Shown: piece by piece, positions 44,241 to 44,698 of the stretch
Layout: every line of letters begins with the position of its first letter
Numbering within the stretch: the stretch's first letter is position 1
Source of the DNA: Bacilli bacterium
Lineage (GTDB): Bacteria; Bacillota_I; Bacilli_A; RF39; UBA660
Reading direction: 5' to 3'
NCBI GenBank assembly: GCA_017476885.1
Contig: JAFUYX010000061.1
Location: 1 to 44,698 of the forward strand
DNA length: 44,698 nucleotides
The notes under the pieces: generated by a model
Databases searched by the model: none
Seen by the model: the letters and a program-made list of their open reading frames with translations, nothing else
What the model was told of the DNA's origin: nothing
Made by a program: the position numbers and the translations under genes

Positions 44241-44534
44241 ATGAAGTCTATTTTTCATGATTTAATGACTGAAAATTTAGTGAATAGAGATCGATTTGAC
44301 AGGAGTGATTGATGAGTCTTTGTTTGGAAATGATGTAGAAGTTTCACAATACAAGGCGAAAAAAATTGATTACAGTTATTAAAAAAATTAAGGAACACAA
44401 TTTATATGCCAAAACAGAAAGTGATATTATTGCTGAACCAGATTTTTTAATGATTATTACAAGTGTTGGACAGATGGCTTATACAACAAATAATAACGTT
44501 TTAGTGGTTCCCATTGATTGTTTTAAAGATTAAT
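44241..44534 (+). pseudogene. possible frame-broken gene remnant of unknown family
   Basis: Three consecutive short reading frames: 44241-44288 MKSIFHDLMTENLGE*, 44285-44383 IEIDLTGVIDESLFGNDVEVSQYKAKKIDYSY*, 44340-44534 ..KKIKEHNLYAKTESDIIAEPDFLMIITSVGQMAYTTNNNVLVVPIDCFKD*. None has a convincing RBS. Confidence 0.25.
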
Positions 44535-44595
44535 AAATAACCATTGAAAATTGTATCAATCTTTAGTTTTGCAGCAATTTCTTGCAAAGCTAATT

Positions 44596-44620
44596 AAAAA
44601 GGGCATAAAAGCCCTTTTTT
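44596..44620. terminator. bidirectional terminator hairpin
   Basis: aaaaagggc-ataaaa-gccctttttt. Confidence 0.5.
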
Positions 44621-44698
44621 GCACCTTGTGTAATGATTGTTATTTTTTAATATTTTAAAATTTTTTTAATATTTTCTCTAGTATCGTATTTTTTATCC

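Noticed and set aside
1-44698. Remaining short antisense or alternative-frame ORFs in the track: 1441-1626, 1823-2005, 3229-3426, 3981-4175, 4944-5126, 10941-11150, 14998-15219, 17154-17396, 18062-18289, 20359-20553, 22004-22192, 29809-30059, 30260-30469, 30888-31200, 33167-33385, 33449-33655, 34510-34731, 41588-41830, 42250-42486, 43422-43670 and 43979-44185
   Set aside because: Each is nested in, or overlaps, a well-supported gene in another frame or on the other strand, lacks an RBS, and has low-complexity composition.
44641-44698. Possible 3' end of a minus-strand gene at the right edge
   Set aside because: Two minus-strand frames are open for fewer than 20 codons before a TAA. That is too short to choose a frame or identify a product.

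Overview
AT-rich (about 30% G+C by eye), densely coding chromosomal segment from a spore-forming low-GC Bacillota. Standard genetic code: TGA is used as a stop. Gene content and order (dnaD-nth, recU-ponA, rimM-trmD, spoVAC-AD-AE only, yqfC-yqfD, ybeY-dgkA-era-yqzL-recO) look like a compact Erysipelotrichia/Clostridia-like genome. I cannot name the organism from sequence alone. Most of the window is housekeeping: murF (3' part), one tRNA-Glu, trmB, a NatAB-like ABC pair, a GT2 glycosyltransferase, recX, prsA, rpsD with leader, cca, dnaD, nth, ponA, recU, a TrmH-family methyltransferase, rimM, trmD, priA, recD2, spoVAC/AD/AEB, yqfC/yqfD, ybeY, dgkA, era and recO. I see no rRNA, CRISPR array, transposase or integrase. 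Six places are not explained by ordinary core annotation. (1) A single COG1373/DUF4143-type AAA+ ATPase gene lies between recD2 and spoVA, bracketed by three copies of a 40-bp palindromic repeat, with a near-consensus promoter between copies 1 and 2. (2) A monocistronic HerA/DUF87-type ATPase has no nuclease or effector partner. (3) A CrtI-like flavoenzyme is translationally coupled to an FNR-like/2Fe-2S reductase, downstream of a ferritin-like ORF. (4) A four-gene envelope cluster sits between priA and recD2; one member has a membrane-anchored paralogue elsewhere in the window. (5) Several micro-ORFs are missed by the 60-aa ORF track: two YjcZ-like peptides, a YqzL-like peptide and a glycine-rich 56-aa protein. 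(6) A multiply frame-broken gene remnant lies after recO. All functional calls rest on motif recognition in the supplied translations. No database search was run.
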